A stretch of DNA of 64,000 bases, taken from the IMG/VR virus record IMGVR_UViG_3300025732_000018. One strand, 5' to 3'. The position numbers and the translations under genes are program-made. Of this stretch, positions 26,790 to 37,200 are shown piece by piece (position 1 is the first letter of the stretch; each line of letters starts with the position of its first letter). The notes beneath the pieces are model-generated. The model was not told where the DNA came from. It made no database searches and saw nothing but the letters and a program-made list of their open reading frames with translations. The DNA comes from a virus.

Positions 26790-29700
26790 ATGGCCAATAA
26801 GATCCAGATAAAGCGCAGCGCCGTGCCCGGCAAGGTACCCACCACGGGCAGTCTAGAGCTGGGCGAACTAGCCCTCAACACCTACGACGGCAAGCTCTTC
26901 ATCAAGATTGACAGGTCTGGTACCCAGTCGGTCGTCGAGATCGGAGCCATCGGCTACACTGGTTCTATCGGTTACACTGGATCTGTAGGATATACTGGTT
27001 CAATTGGCTACACCGGTTCCATCGGTTACACTGGTTCTCAGGGTGATACTGGCTACGTAGGAAGCAAAGGTGACCCCGGTGAGTTCGGCGGCGCCACCTT
27101 CAACTTTGAGTTCGACACCGCCGTCACTCATCCCGGCCCCCTCTCGAACGGAATAATCACCCTCAACAACGCTGACCTGACCGGCGCTTCCGTGATGGCG
27201 GTCGACTCATACGACTCAGACAACACCGACATATCGGCGTTCCTAACCTCGATTGGCGACTCTACCTCGAATATCAAAGGTCAGATAAAGCTCTCCGACA
27301 AGAACAACCTGTCGAGCTACGTCCTGTACTTCATAGACGCGGCCGCGACGCTTCACGAAGATCACTACGATATATCAGTCAACTACGTATCTGGCAGGAC
27401 TACCCAGTTCGCAGACGGCACCGCGCTGACCGCCACGTTCGCTAGGACGGGTGACCTAGGACCTACTGGTTACACTGGATCTCGTGGTGACACCGGCTTC
27501 GTAGGATCGAAGGGAGATCTAGGATACACTGGCAGCCAAGGATATACTGGATCGCAGGGCTTCACCGGCTCGCAGGGCTACGCTGGATCACGGGGCGATC
27601 AAGGCTTCACCGGATCTCAAGGTAACATCGGATTCACGGGATCGCAGGGAACTACTGGATACGTCGGATCTCAAGGATTTACCGGCAGCAAGGGCGACAT
27701 TGGCTACGTCGGATCCAAAGGAGACCAAGGATACTCAGGTTCTCAAGGATACGCCGGCAGCCAGGGTCCGATAGGTTACACCGGTTCTCAAGGTTACAGC
27801 GGCAGTCAAGGCATCATCGGCTTCACCGGCTCGCAAGGAGTTCAAGGTGTAATAGGTTACACCGGTTCTCAAGGTTACAGCGGCAGTCAAGGCAACATCG
27901 GCTTTACTGGCTCAAAGGGTGATCTAGGATATACCGGAAGTCAGGGTAACCTAGGTAACATTGGCTACACCGGCTCGAAAGGCGACATTGGATACACCGG
28001 TTCTAAGGGACTTCAGGGAGACCAAGGCGCTACTGGCTACACCGGCTCACAAGGCAACATCGGATACAGTGGGTCGCAGGGCGTAACTGGTTACACTGGA
28101 TCTTTTGGCCTGCAGGGTAACATCGGCTACAGCGGTTCGCAGGGCGTTATCGGATATACTGGTTCACAGGGTGACGTCGGGTACGTTGGCTCTCAAGGGT
28201 TCACGGGATCTCAAGGTGTCATAGGCTTCACTGGAAGTCAAGGTATAATTGGCTACACTGGAAGCCAAGGTGATCAAGGTTTCACTGGATCACAGGGTGA
28301 CGCTGGCTACACCGGCAGCCAAGGCGTTCAAGGCAATACCGGCTTCGTAGGAAGTCAAGGAATCCAGGGAGAGCTTGGCTACAGTGGAAGTCAAGGCGAC
28401 ATAGGCTACACTGGTTCTCAAGGAGAAACTGGATTCGTAGGAAGCCAAGGTGACCTAGGCTACACCGGCTCACTTGGTTACGTCGGATCACAGGGTGACA
28501 CTGGTTACGCAGGCTCTCAGGGCGACGTTGGGTTTACTGGATCCAAGGGTGACCAAGGAGTAATTGGATACACAGGATCGCAGGGTGACACTGGCTACGT
28601 TGGCTCACAGGGCTACTCCGGATCGAAAGGCGACATCGGTTGGACCGGATCGAAAGGCGACATAGGCTGGACTGGGTCGCAAGGCGACAGCGGATTTACC
28701 GGTAGTCAAGGAGTCATCGGCTACAGTGGATCTCAAGGTGAAACCGGATTTGCCGGCAGTCAAGGCGTAACAGGTTTTACTGGATCGCAGGGATACACCG
28801 GCTCTAAGGGCGACATCGGCTGGACCGGCTCTCAAGGAGACACCGGATTTACTGGATCTAAGGGAGACGCCGGATACAGTGGCTCTCAAGGAGATACCGG
28901 CTACGTCGGATCACAGGGCGACGTCGGCTTCACTGGATCTAAGGGATTCACGGGATCACAGGGCGACGTCGGCTTCACTGGATCAAAGGGCGACATTGGT
29001 TGGACCGGCTCCAAGGGTGACGCTGGATACACTGGATCGGAAGGTGTCGGCTACACTGGCTCCAAAGGTGACACCGGTCCGGCTTTCTCTGTCAGCGCTA
29101 GCGGTCTTCTCTCTGGTAAGAGTGCTTACGACGGAGAGGCTACTGGATTCTCTTACCTAGCTACAGACACCGGTGACCTGTACATCAAGAACAGCAACAC
29201 GTCCGGTGACTGGTCTTCTCCGATTCCGTTCGTTGGGTACACAGGATCTCAGGGAGCGCTGGGATACACTGGGTCGCAGGGAGTCGGATACACTGGATCA
29301 CAGGGAGACGTAGGCTTCGTAGGATCAAAGGGCGACGTCGGCTTCACTGGATCCACCGGCTACTCTGGATCACAGGGCGTCATCGGCTTTACCGGTTCAG
29401 CCTCTACCGTAGTCGGATACACTGGGTCTCAGGGCGTCATCGGCTACAGTGGATCACAGGGTGACACTGGATACGTCGGAAGTCAGGGATACACCGGCTC
29501 TAAGGGCGACATCGGTTGGACCGGGTCACAAGGTACTACCGGATACTCTGGATCGCAGGGCGACATCGGCTACTCTGGATCTAAGGGCGACATCGGCTTC
29601 ACGGGTAGCCAGGGAGACGTCGGCTACATCGGATCTCAAGGCTATACTGGCTCGCAAGGCGTCATCGGCTACAGCGGCTCGCAGGGTGTCATCGGCTACA

Positions 29701-32700
29701 CCGGTTCGAAGGGCGACCAAGGAGTAATTGGATACACTGGCTCGCAAGGCGTCATCGGCTACACCGGATCTAAGGGTGATCAGGGCGTCATAGGCTACAC
29801 TGGAAGCCTAGGTAACACAGGCTACACCGGATCGGCATCTACTGTAGCTGGTCCGACTGGATACACCGGCTCTAAAGGTGACATAGGCTACACTGGTTCC
29901 AAGGGTGCCGACGGCGGCCAGCTCACTGCGGGTGATTATGTAGTTCGCGGCAAGCTCTCAGGTACACAGACCCTCACAAACAATTCAGACACCGTTATAG
30001 CGTTCATAGACGACTACGACCCAAAGAACTGGCTGAACGCTTCTACTCACAGATTTCAACCGGACGTCGCCGGTTACTATATCATTGACCTAGCAGTAAT
30101 CTGGTCGTCGGCCTCGGTCTCAAACAACCAGTGTAACATTCAGTTCAAGAAGAACGGTACTACTCAGCTAGCGATCGCCATGAAGCAGCTTGAGACTAAT
30201 ACCGCGTACTCACAAGCTCTGACTGACGTCGTCTACTTCAACGGTAGCACTGACTACATCGAGTTCACCGCTTATACAGGAAACTCCACTAGTCAGAATC
30301 TTGAGGTAGCTGGAACTTGGTTCTCGGCCGCCCTCTACGCTTACGGACCCAAGGGTTACACCGGCTCTCTCGGCTACACCGGATCGGCCGGCGCGGGGTT
30401 CACCGGCTCGCAGGGTAACATCGGCTACACTGGGTCTCAGGGATTCACCGGCTCACAGGGTATTATTGGCTACACTGGAAGCCAGGGCATCATCGGCTTT
30501 ACCGGCTCGCAGGGCTACGCTGGATCGCAGGGCGACCTAGGCTTTACGGGAAGTCAAGGCCTCATTGGGTACACCGGGTCTCAAGGATTCACGGGCTCGC
30601 AGGGAACTACTGGCTTCGTAGGAAGTCAAGGCGTACAAGGTGAGTTGGGCTACACTGGATCACAGGGCGAGATAGGTTACACCGGCTCTCGCGGCGTGAC
30701 TGGATTCGCTGGATCACAAGGTGACCAAGGCGTAATTGGGTTCACCGGCTCCAAGGGAGACACCGGCGCAACTGGATACGTCGGTTCGCAGGGGCTACAG
30801 GGTGACCTAGGCTTCACTGGATCGCAGGGTCCGATCGGCTACACCGGAAGCCAAGGCGTACAAGGTGACACCGGGTTCATCGGCTCGCAAGGCTACACCG
30901 GCAGCCAAGGTGACCAAGGTTTAATCGGCTACACTGGAAGCCAAGGCGTACAGGGCGTAACTGGATTCGTAGGCTCTCAGGGTGACCAGGGCAACATCGG
31001 CTACACTGGCTCGCAAGGAACTACTGGATACGTTGGCTCACAAGGATACTCTGGGTCTCAAGGAGACATTGGCTACACCGGCAGTCAAGGAGAAGTTGGC
31101 TACGTAGGATCTAAAGGCTACACCGGCTCTCAGGGCGTAATCGGATTCACCGGCTCTCAGGGCGACGTAGGCTACGTAGGCTCTAAGGGAGACACCGGAA
31201 GCACCGGATACACTGGCAGCAAGGGCGACATAGGTTACACCGGCTCGTTCGGTCTGACCGGTTACACCGGCTCGTTTGGTACGACGGGTTATACCGGCTC
31301 GCGCGGCTTCGGCTACGCCGGTCTAACCTCTACCACCAGCGTCAACGCTACCGGAACTGGAATGAAGACGTTCTACGTCAGCCAGTCCTACGGTGACAAC
31401 GCGTTCGCGGTCGGTCAGAGAGTCAGGGCGATCTACCTCTACGATCCGACCCTCTTCAACGAGGGTGTGATTGACTCCTACAGTGGCACGACTCTAGTTC
31501 TCAACGTAGACTACACCTCGGGCAACGGCTTCGCCGCTGACTGGACTATCGTGGTCGCCGGTGACAGGGGAATCAGAGGCTACACTGGATCGATCGGCTT
31601 CACAGGCTCGCAGGGAGACCAGGGCGCGACTGGATACACCGGAAGCAAGGGTGATCAAGGAAACGTCGGCTACACCGGAAGTCAGGGACTGCAGGGCGAC
31701 GTTGGCTTCGTAGGCTCGCAGGGCTACACTGGCTCGAAGGGACTGCAGGGAGACCAGGGCTACACGGGGTCGCAGGGATCTACGGGTCTGACTGGATACA
31801 CTGGAAGTCAGGGCGACGTCGGAGCAATTGGCTACACCGGATCTAAGGGTGACCAAGGATTCATCGGCTACACCGGATCTAAAGGCGATCAAGGTAACAT
31901 CGGCTACACTGGATCTCAGGGAGACCAGGGCGTCAGAGGTTACACCGGCTCGCAGGGAGACCAGGGAGCTACCGGCTACGTCGGCTCGCAGGGCGCTCAG
32001 GGCAACATAGGCTACACGGGCTCTAAGGGTGACGCAGGGTCTACCGGCTACGCTGGAAGCAAGGGTGACATAGGTTACACAGGCTCGCAGGGAGACCTAG
32101 GATACAGTGGATCCAAGGGTGACCTAGGTTACACCGGCTCGATCGGTTCTACCGGATACACCGGAAGCAAGGGTGAGCCAGGAACGTTTGGTGGAGCGGC
32201 GTTCGACTACACGTTCGACACGTCCACCGCCGACTCAGACCCCGGCACCGGAAAGATCCGCCTCAGCAACGCCAACACCGCGCTGGCGTCGTCTCTCTAC
32301 ATCAACGAGAACGACGACCTGGCAGTCTCAGTGTACAACTACCTGCAGACGATCGACGACTCGACCTCCTCGATCAAGGGTCACTTCACGATAACCGAGA
32401 AAGCGAACACCGCCAACTTCGCTCAGTTCTCGATAACTGGCACTCATACACACAACACTAACTACTTCTCCGTTCCGATCGCGTGGCTGACCGGAGCTTA
32501 CTCTTTCTCTAACGGCCTTGACATCATCGTCACCTTCGCTAGGACCGGCGACAAGGGCGACGCTGGCTACACCGGTTCTGCCGGCGGACTTGGATATACT
32601 GGCAGCAAGGGCGACACGGGTTACACTGGATCTATCGGATCTATCGGCTACACCGGATCGCAGGGAACTCAGGGAACCACCGGCTACACCGGAAGTCAAG

Positions 32701-33713
32701 GTGACCAAGGCGTAACTGGATACACAGGATCTGTCGGAGCTCAGGGCAACCTAGGCTACACAGGATCGCAGGGGTCTCAGGGTGACCTAGGCTTCACGGG
32801 CTCTAAGGGTGACATCGGCTACACTGGCTCCGCTGGAAGTTCTGGAGCGGCAGGTGCTACCGGCTATACAGGATCGCAGGGAGACGCTGGCAGCATCGGT
32901 TACACCGGCTCCAAGGGTGACCAAGGTACGACTGGGTATACCGGATCTGCTGGAACCCAAGGCGCCATCGGCTACACCGGTTCTGCAGGAACTCAAGGAG
33001 ACGTTGGCTACACCGGAAGTCAGGGCAACGTTGGTTACACTGGATCCGTAGGATCGCAGGGTGTTATCGGTTACACCGGCTCTAAGGGCGACATCGGGTA
33101 TACCGGCTCACAGGGTACTCAGGGTAGCATAGGCTACACTGGATCGGTTGGATCGATCGGCTACACCGGCTCGCAAGGAGCTCTCGGCCCTCTGGGATAC
33201 ACCGGCTCCGCGGGTGTGGGTTACACCGGATCAGCTGGAGTCGCTACCGCGGCCGGCGCAGACACACAGGTGCAGTTCAACGACGGTGGGACTACTACCG
33301 GCGCGTCGGCAGGCTTCACCTTCAACAAGACTACCAACACGGTCTTTATCTCTGGAAAGCTAGGTCTCGGCACCGCGGCTACCGCAGAGCTAGACCTCAG
33401 TGGAAACTACGCCCTCAACATAGTGACAGTCTCTGCAAACAGCGTCGACTGCTCTGCTGGTAACTACTTCACTAAGACCGCGGCGGGCAACATCACCTGG
33501 ACTTTTGATAACGTTCCCGCCTCCAGGGCCTACGGCTTCGTGCTAGAGCTGACCAACGGTGGAGCATACACGATGACTTGGCCGGCTGCAACCAAGTGGC
33601 CCTCGGCTACGGCTCCTACTCTGACCGCCAGCGGGGTCGACGTACTAACGTTCATTACCGACGACGGTGGCACTACCTGGCGCGGCCTCGCCTCGATGAT
33701 CAACAGCTCGTAA
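26790..33713 (+). CDS. Giant collagen-like fibre protein 1
   Basis: N-terminal 'KIQIKRSAVPGKVP...LELGELALNTYDGKLFIK' (Mtd-N-like anchor), hundreds of Gly-X-Y triplets (GYT-GSQ-GDI), internal globular inserts including a C1q-like domain, and a C-terminal 'DCSAGNYFTKT...LELTNGG...TWP...DGGTTWRG' domain. Confidence 0.85.
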   Translation: MANKIQIKRSAVPGKVPTTGSLELGELALNTYDGKLFIKIDRSGTQSVVEIGAIGYTGSIGYTGSVGYTGSIGYTGSIGYTGSQGDTGYVGSKGDPGEFGGATFNFEFDTAVTHPGPLSNGIITLNNADLTGASVMAVDSYDSDNTDISAFLTSIGDSTSNIKGQIKLSDKNNLSSYVLYFIDAAATLHEDHYDISVNYVSGRTTQFADGTALTATFARTGDLGPTGYTGSRGDTGFVGSKGDLGYTGSQGYTGSQGFTGSQGYAGSRGDQGFTGSQGNIGFTGSQGTTGYVGSQGFTGSKGDIGYVGSKGDQGYSGSQGYAGSQGPIGYTGSQGYSGSQGIIGFTGSQGVQGVIGYTGSQGYSGSQGNIGFTGSKGDLGYTGSQGNLGNIGYTGSKGDIGYTGSKGLQGDQGATGYTGSQGNIGYSGSQGVTGYTGSFGLQGNIGYSGSQGVIGYTGSQGDVGYVGSQGFTGSQGVIGFTGSQGIIGYTGSQGDQGFTGSQGDAGYTGSQGVQGNTGFVGSQGIQGELGYSGSQGDIGYTGSQGETGFVGSQGDLGYTGSLGYVGSQGDTGYAGSQGDVGFTGSKGDQGVIGYTGSQGDTGYVGSQGYSGSKGDIGWTGSKGDIGWTGSQGDSGFTGSQGVIGYSGSQGETGFAGSQGVTGFTGSQGYTGSKGDIGWTGSQGDTGFTGSKGDAGYSGSQGDTGYVGSQGDVGFTGSKGFTGSQGDVGFTGSKGDIGWTGSKGDAGYTGSEGVGYTGSKGDTGPAFSVSASGLLSGKSAYDGEATGFSYLATDTGDLYIKNSNTSGDWSSPIPFVGYTGSQGALGYTGSQGVGYTGSQGDVGFVGSKGDVGFTGSTGYSGSQGVIGFTGSASTVVGYTGSQGVIGYSGSQGDTGYVGSQGYTGSKGDIGWTGSQGTTGYSGSQGDIGYSGSKGDIGFTGSQGDVGYIGSQGYTGSQGVIGYSGSQGVIGYTGSKGDQGVIGYTGSQGVIGYTGSKGDQGVIGYTGSLGNTGYTGSASTVAGPTGYTGSKGDIGYTGSKGADGGQLTAGDYVVRGKLSGTQTLTNNSDTVIAFIDDYDPKNWLNASTHRFQPDVAGYYIIDLAVIWSSASVSNNQCNIQFKKNGTTQLAIAMKQLETNTAYSQALTDVVYFNGSTDYIEFTAYTGNSTSQNLEVAGTWFSAALYAYGPKGYTGSLGYTGSAGAGFTGSQGNIGYTGSQGFTGSQGIIGYTGSQGIIGFTGSQGYAGSQGDLGFTGSQGLIGYTGSQGFTGSQGTTGFVGSQGVQGELGYTGSQGEIGYTGSRGVTGFAGSQGDQGVIGFTGSKGDTGATGYVGSQGLQGDLGFTGSQGPIGYTGSQGVQGDTGFIGSQGYTGSQGDQGLIGYTGSQGVQGVTGFVGSQGDQGNIGYTGSQGTTGYVGSQGYSGSQGDIGYTGSQGEVGYVGSKGYTGSQGVIGFTGSQGDVGYVGSKGDTGSTGYTGSKGDIGYTGSFGLTGYTGSFGTTGYTGSRGFGYAGLTSTTSVNATGTGMKTFYVSQSYGDNAFAVGQRVRAIYLYDPTLFNEGVIDSYSGTTLVLNVDYTSGNGFAADWTIVVAGDRGIRGYTGSIGFTGSQGDQGATGYTGSKGDQGNVGYTGSQGLQGDVGFVGSQGYTGSKGLQGDQGYTGSQGSTGLTGYTGSQGDVGAIGYTGSKGDQGFIGYTGSKGDQGNIGYTGSQGDQGVRGYTGSQGDQGATGYVGSQGAQGNIGYTGSKGDAGSTGYAGSKGDIGYTGSQGDLGYSGSKGDLGYTGSIGSTGYTGSKGEPGTFGGAAFDYTFDTSTADSDPGTGKIRLSNANTALASSLYINENDDLAVSVYNYLQTIDDSTSSIKGHFTITEKANTANFAQFSITGTHTHNTNYFSVPIAWLTGAYSFSNGLDIIVTFARTGDKGDAGYTGSAGGLGYTGSKGDTGYTGSIGSIGYTGSQGTQGTTGYTGSQGDQGVTGYTGSVGAQGNLGYTGSQGSQGDLGFTGSKGDIGYTGSAGSSGAAGATGYTGSQGDAGSIGYTGSKGDQGTTGYTGSAGTQGAIGYTGSAGTQGDVGYTGSQGNVGYTGSVGSQGVIGYTGSKGDIGYTGSQGTQGSIGYTGSVGSIGYTGSQGALGPLGYTGSAGVGYTGSAGVATAAGADTQVQFNDGGTTTGASAGFTFNKTTNTVFISGKLGLGTAATAELDLSGNYALNIVTVSANSVDCSAGNYFTKTAAGNITWTFDNVPASRAYGFVLELTNGGAYTMTWPAATKWPSATAPTLTASGVDVLTFITDDGGTTWRGLASMINSS

Positions 33714-33725
33714 GGAATACTGAAG

Positions 33726-34208
33726 ATGCCAAACTACGCACACGTTGAGAACGACCAGATCCAGAGGCTGTACGACGTTGTCCCTACCGCGTGGAGAAAC
33801 GTGAGCGGCCTCGACAAGCTCAGCGACGAGGAGCTAGTCGACTACGGCTGGTACAGGATACAGAAGCAAGACGTAAGCTTCGACGCGGCGACTCACTACG
33901 CCACCTACGACTACTCCTACGACTCGGCCGACGACGTCGTCAGAGAGACGACCGTCATTCATGAGAAGGTCGCGCCCTCCATCGAGGAGGCAAAGCCGGC
34001 GTTCCTGCGCTTTCTTAGAGAGGTGAGGAACGAGAAGCTAGCCGAGACAGACTTCACCCAGCTGGCAGACGTAGTAGCCAGGTCCACTCCGGAGCAGAAC
34101 CAGGCCTGGGCAGACTACAGGCAGGCCCTGAGGGATCTACCGGAGCAGTACGCCACAAACGACGTAATAAATATCCAGAACGTCGAGTGGCCTTCTAAAC
34201 CGGAATGA
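33726..34208 (+). CDS. Tail fibre assembly chaperone 1
   Basis: 'RNEKLAETDFTQLAD...WADYRQALRDLP...VEWPSKP' chaperone signature. Confidence 0.8.
   Translation: MPNYAHVENDQIQRLYDVVPTAWRNVSGLDKLSDEELVDYGWYRIQKQDVSFDAATHYATYDYSYDSADDVVRETTVIHEKVAPSIEEAKPAFLRFLREVRNEKLAETDFTQLADVVARSTPEQNQAWADYRQALRDLPEQYATNDVINIQNVEWPSKPE
34166..34173 (+). promoter_or_regulatory. Late promoter (AATAAATA)
   Basis: Late-box variant 45 nt upstream of the large RCC1 gene. Confidence 0.45.
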
Positions 34209-34218
34209 TTGTCAGCAG

Positions 34219-37200
34219 ATGCTTATCTTTCAGAGTCTTCTAGCGCCAGCAGCGACCTCTAGCCCAGTGGTCGTGACCCCGTACCCTCTGTACGGTTGGG
34301 GTGTTAACACTACCGGCAAGCTAGGAATCAACAACAACACCACTCAGTCCTATCCCGTTCAGGTGCTGTCCGGCACGTCTTGGAAGAGCTTCTCCACCGC
34401 TTTCAACCACTCGCTCGGAGTGAAGTCAGACGGCACCCTGTGGGCTTGGGGTGGAAACGCTAGTGGTGAGCTTGGTATCAATGTTAAGTCAGGAAGAAGG
34501 ACCTCTCTCGATAAGTTTGATAACTCCAGCTGGACGATGATAAAGACCGACAACCAGCACACCGTCGGTCTCAAGTCAGACGGATCTCTCTGGGCTTGGG
34601 GAGTAAACTCTAGCGGACAGCTCGGAACTAACGACGTCGTCACGAGGTCGTCTCCGGTACAGATAGGCACCAGCAGCTGGACGTCAGTCGACGCCGGAGC
34701 AAACTTCACTGTAGCGCTTAAAGTAGGTGGTACTCTCTGGGCGTGGGGTCTAGGAACTGGCGGGCAGCTAGGCATCAGCGCTGCAACCAGTCGCTCTTCA
34801 CCTACACAGGTCGGCGCTCTTACGACATGGTCAAAGGTCTCTGCCGGATCTGCAGCAGTTATAGCGTCAACTTCTGACAACTATGCATACGTCTGGGGAA
34901 CTGGTCTGATGCAGGCCGCCAACGACGGCTTCGTACTCGTTAGGTCTTCTCCTGTAGCAGTTGCTTTCCAGCCGTTCGATGGAGCTCTTTCTGCAGCAGG
35001 AATATTCCAAAGTACAATACTTATCGACAAACAGTACAGATTGTGGGCATGGGGAGGTAACACTTATTCCGGTTTAGCTCCCGGTATTCTTGGAACAAAT
35101 GATACGTTTGACAGAAGCTCGCCTGTCTTAGTCAGCTCTACTGGCTCTTGGACCATGATCTCCGGTAAGAGCAACTCGTTTGCAGCAATCAAGTCTGACG
35201 GCTCGCTGTGGACGTGGGGATACAACGCGCAGGGACAACTTGGGACGGGTGATACTAAGAACAGGAGCTCTCCGACTCAGATCGGCACCAGCAGCTGGTC
35301 GATGGTGTCGACCGGTACTTACTTCATGGCCGCGATTAACATCAACGGACAGGTGTTCTGCTGGGGAAGTGGCGGTCAGGGATCATTAGGAAACAACGCG
35401 GCTATCGACAGGAGCTCTCCCGTACAGCTCGCCTCTACCTCTAGCTTTAACGTCGTCTCTGTCGGAAACTTTCACGCTCTCGCTAGAACCATTAACAACA
35501 AGCTCTGGGCTTGGGGAATAAACAACTACGGCCAGCTTGGAGCTAGCTTAGGAGTTACTGCTGCTAGATCATCTCCAGTCGCGATAGGAACGACTACTAG
35601 CTGGACCGCGATATCAGCCGGCAGCGACCACTCCGCGGGAATAACCTCTGCCGGATCGCTATGGACCTGGGGAAGCAACGGCCTAGGAGCTCTCGGAAAC
35701 TCATCCACCATCAACAGGTCGTCACCAATTCAAGTTGGAGCGGCTACAACATGGACAAAGGTGGAAGGTGGAGTTGACTACACGCTGGCGATGACTGAGA
35801 GCGCCGGAACTGCAACAGTATATCACTTTGGCCAGAACGCCGGTAGGGCTGGAAATGGAACTACGGCTACTACCAGCTCGCCGGTTGCCGTGTACACGAC
35901 TGCAGGAACACCGAAGCTCATAACTTCTTTCTCTGGTGGTTCTACTTACATCATATCTCCAGACGATACTATCATCGGAACAGGAGAGAACGTATTATAC
36001 TCTCTGGCTCTTGTTGACTCTCCTCTAGCTAATACTACAGTGTGGAAGATAGTAGGTCACTCTCCACCTGGAACAATTAACTCTGTAGCTATGGGCACTG
36101 TACATGGAGCGGTAGTTGCTAATAATAAGCTTTATGGTCTAGGACTCAATGACTTCGGTCAGCTTGGCGCTGGCACTACGATCAGCAGGTCACGCGCCGT
36201 CTTGGTAGACTCCTCGAAGACGTGGTCAACGATCGACACGGGTTACTACGCGTCTATGGGAATAACCAGCGACGGTAAGCTCTGGTCCTGGGGAAACAAC
36301 ACACAGGGACAACTCGGGTTAGGTGATATAGTCGACAGAAGTAGTCCGACGCAGGTAGGAAGCAGTAGTTGGACTGTGGTTAGTTTGTCAAAAGCTAGCG
36401 CTGGCCCAGTGTTTGCTGCGGGTGTAACGACCGACGGAAAGCTCTGGGGCTGGGGAAGGAACTACGACTACCTGCCTCTAGGGTTCCTTGGAGACACAGC
36501 CGTTCTTACTAATAGGTCTGCACCAGTTCAGATCGGATCCGCTACAAACTGGACAAGCGTCTCGGTCGAGGGTCAGCAGACGTCATCTACGAACGACGCT
36601 CTGATCGTTGGGGTCAACAGTCTTGGCGAGGCGTACTGGCAAGGCAACGGAACTGACTTCGCCATCAACGACGCAAACAGGGTCTCTCCAGTTCAGATCG
36701 GCACCGACACCGACTGGGAGAGCGTAGCAGCAGGTGGCGGTGTCGCCCTTCTCGCTCACTCGTTCGCGATCAAGACGAACAAGACCCTATGGTCGTGGGG
36801 CTCAAACTACTGGGGAAACCTTGGACTTGGTCTAGCTAACAACGTCGATAGGTCATCTCCTACTCAAGTAACGGCAGGGCCGACAAACGGAAGCTGGAGC
36901 GCGGTCGCCGGAGGGTATAACTTCGACTACGGTATCGACACCTCTGGAAAGCTCTGGGCCTGGGGCTACAACTATACCGGCGGCGGTCTAGGCCTCGGGG
37001 TCGGAGACGTCACTAACTACACCGCACCTCAGCTAGTGACCAAGCAGAGAAGCTTCACTTTAGCAAGCGCACCCTACGTTGCAGGCGGTGGCAATTTCGG
37101 AGCCACGGTCATAGACTCTCTGAACAACGAGGCTTGGTCGTGGGGTGGAGGCACGTCTGGTGTAACAGGTCTAGGAGTGACGACGACATACTACAGTCCG

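Noticed and set aside
26790-26940. Mtd-N-like domain suggesting a diversity-generating retroelement
   Set aside because: No reverse transcriptase and no TR/VR pair with adenine-specific mismatches is visible in the window; this domain is a common fibre anchor.
26950-33240. Highly repetitive DNA (GGxTACACxGGxTCx) resembling a CRISPR array or satellite
   Set aside because: The repeats are in-frame codons of Gly-X-Y with free third-position variation; there is no constant repeat with unique spacers.
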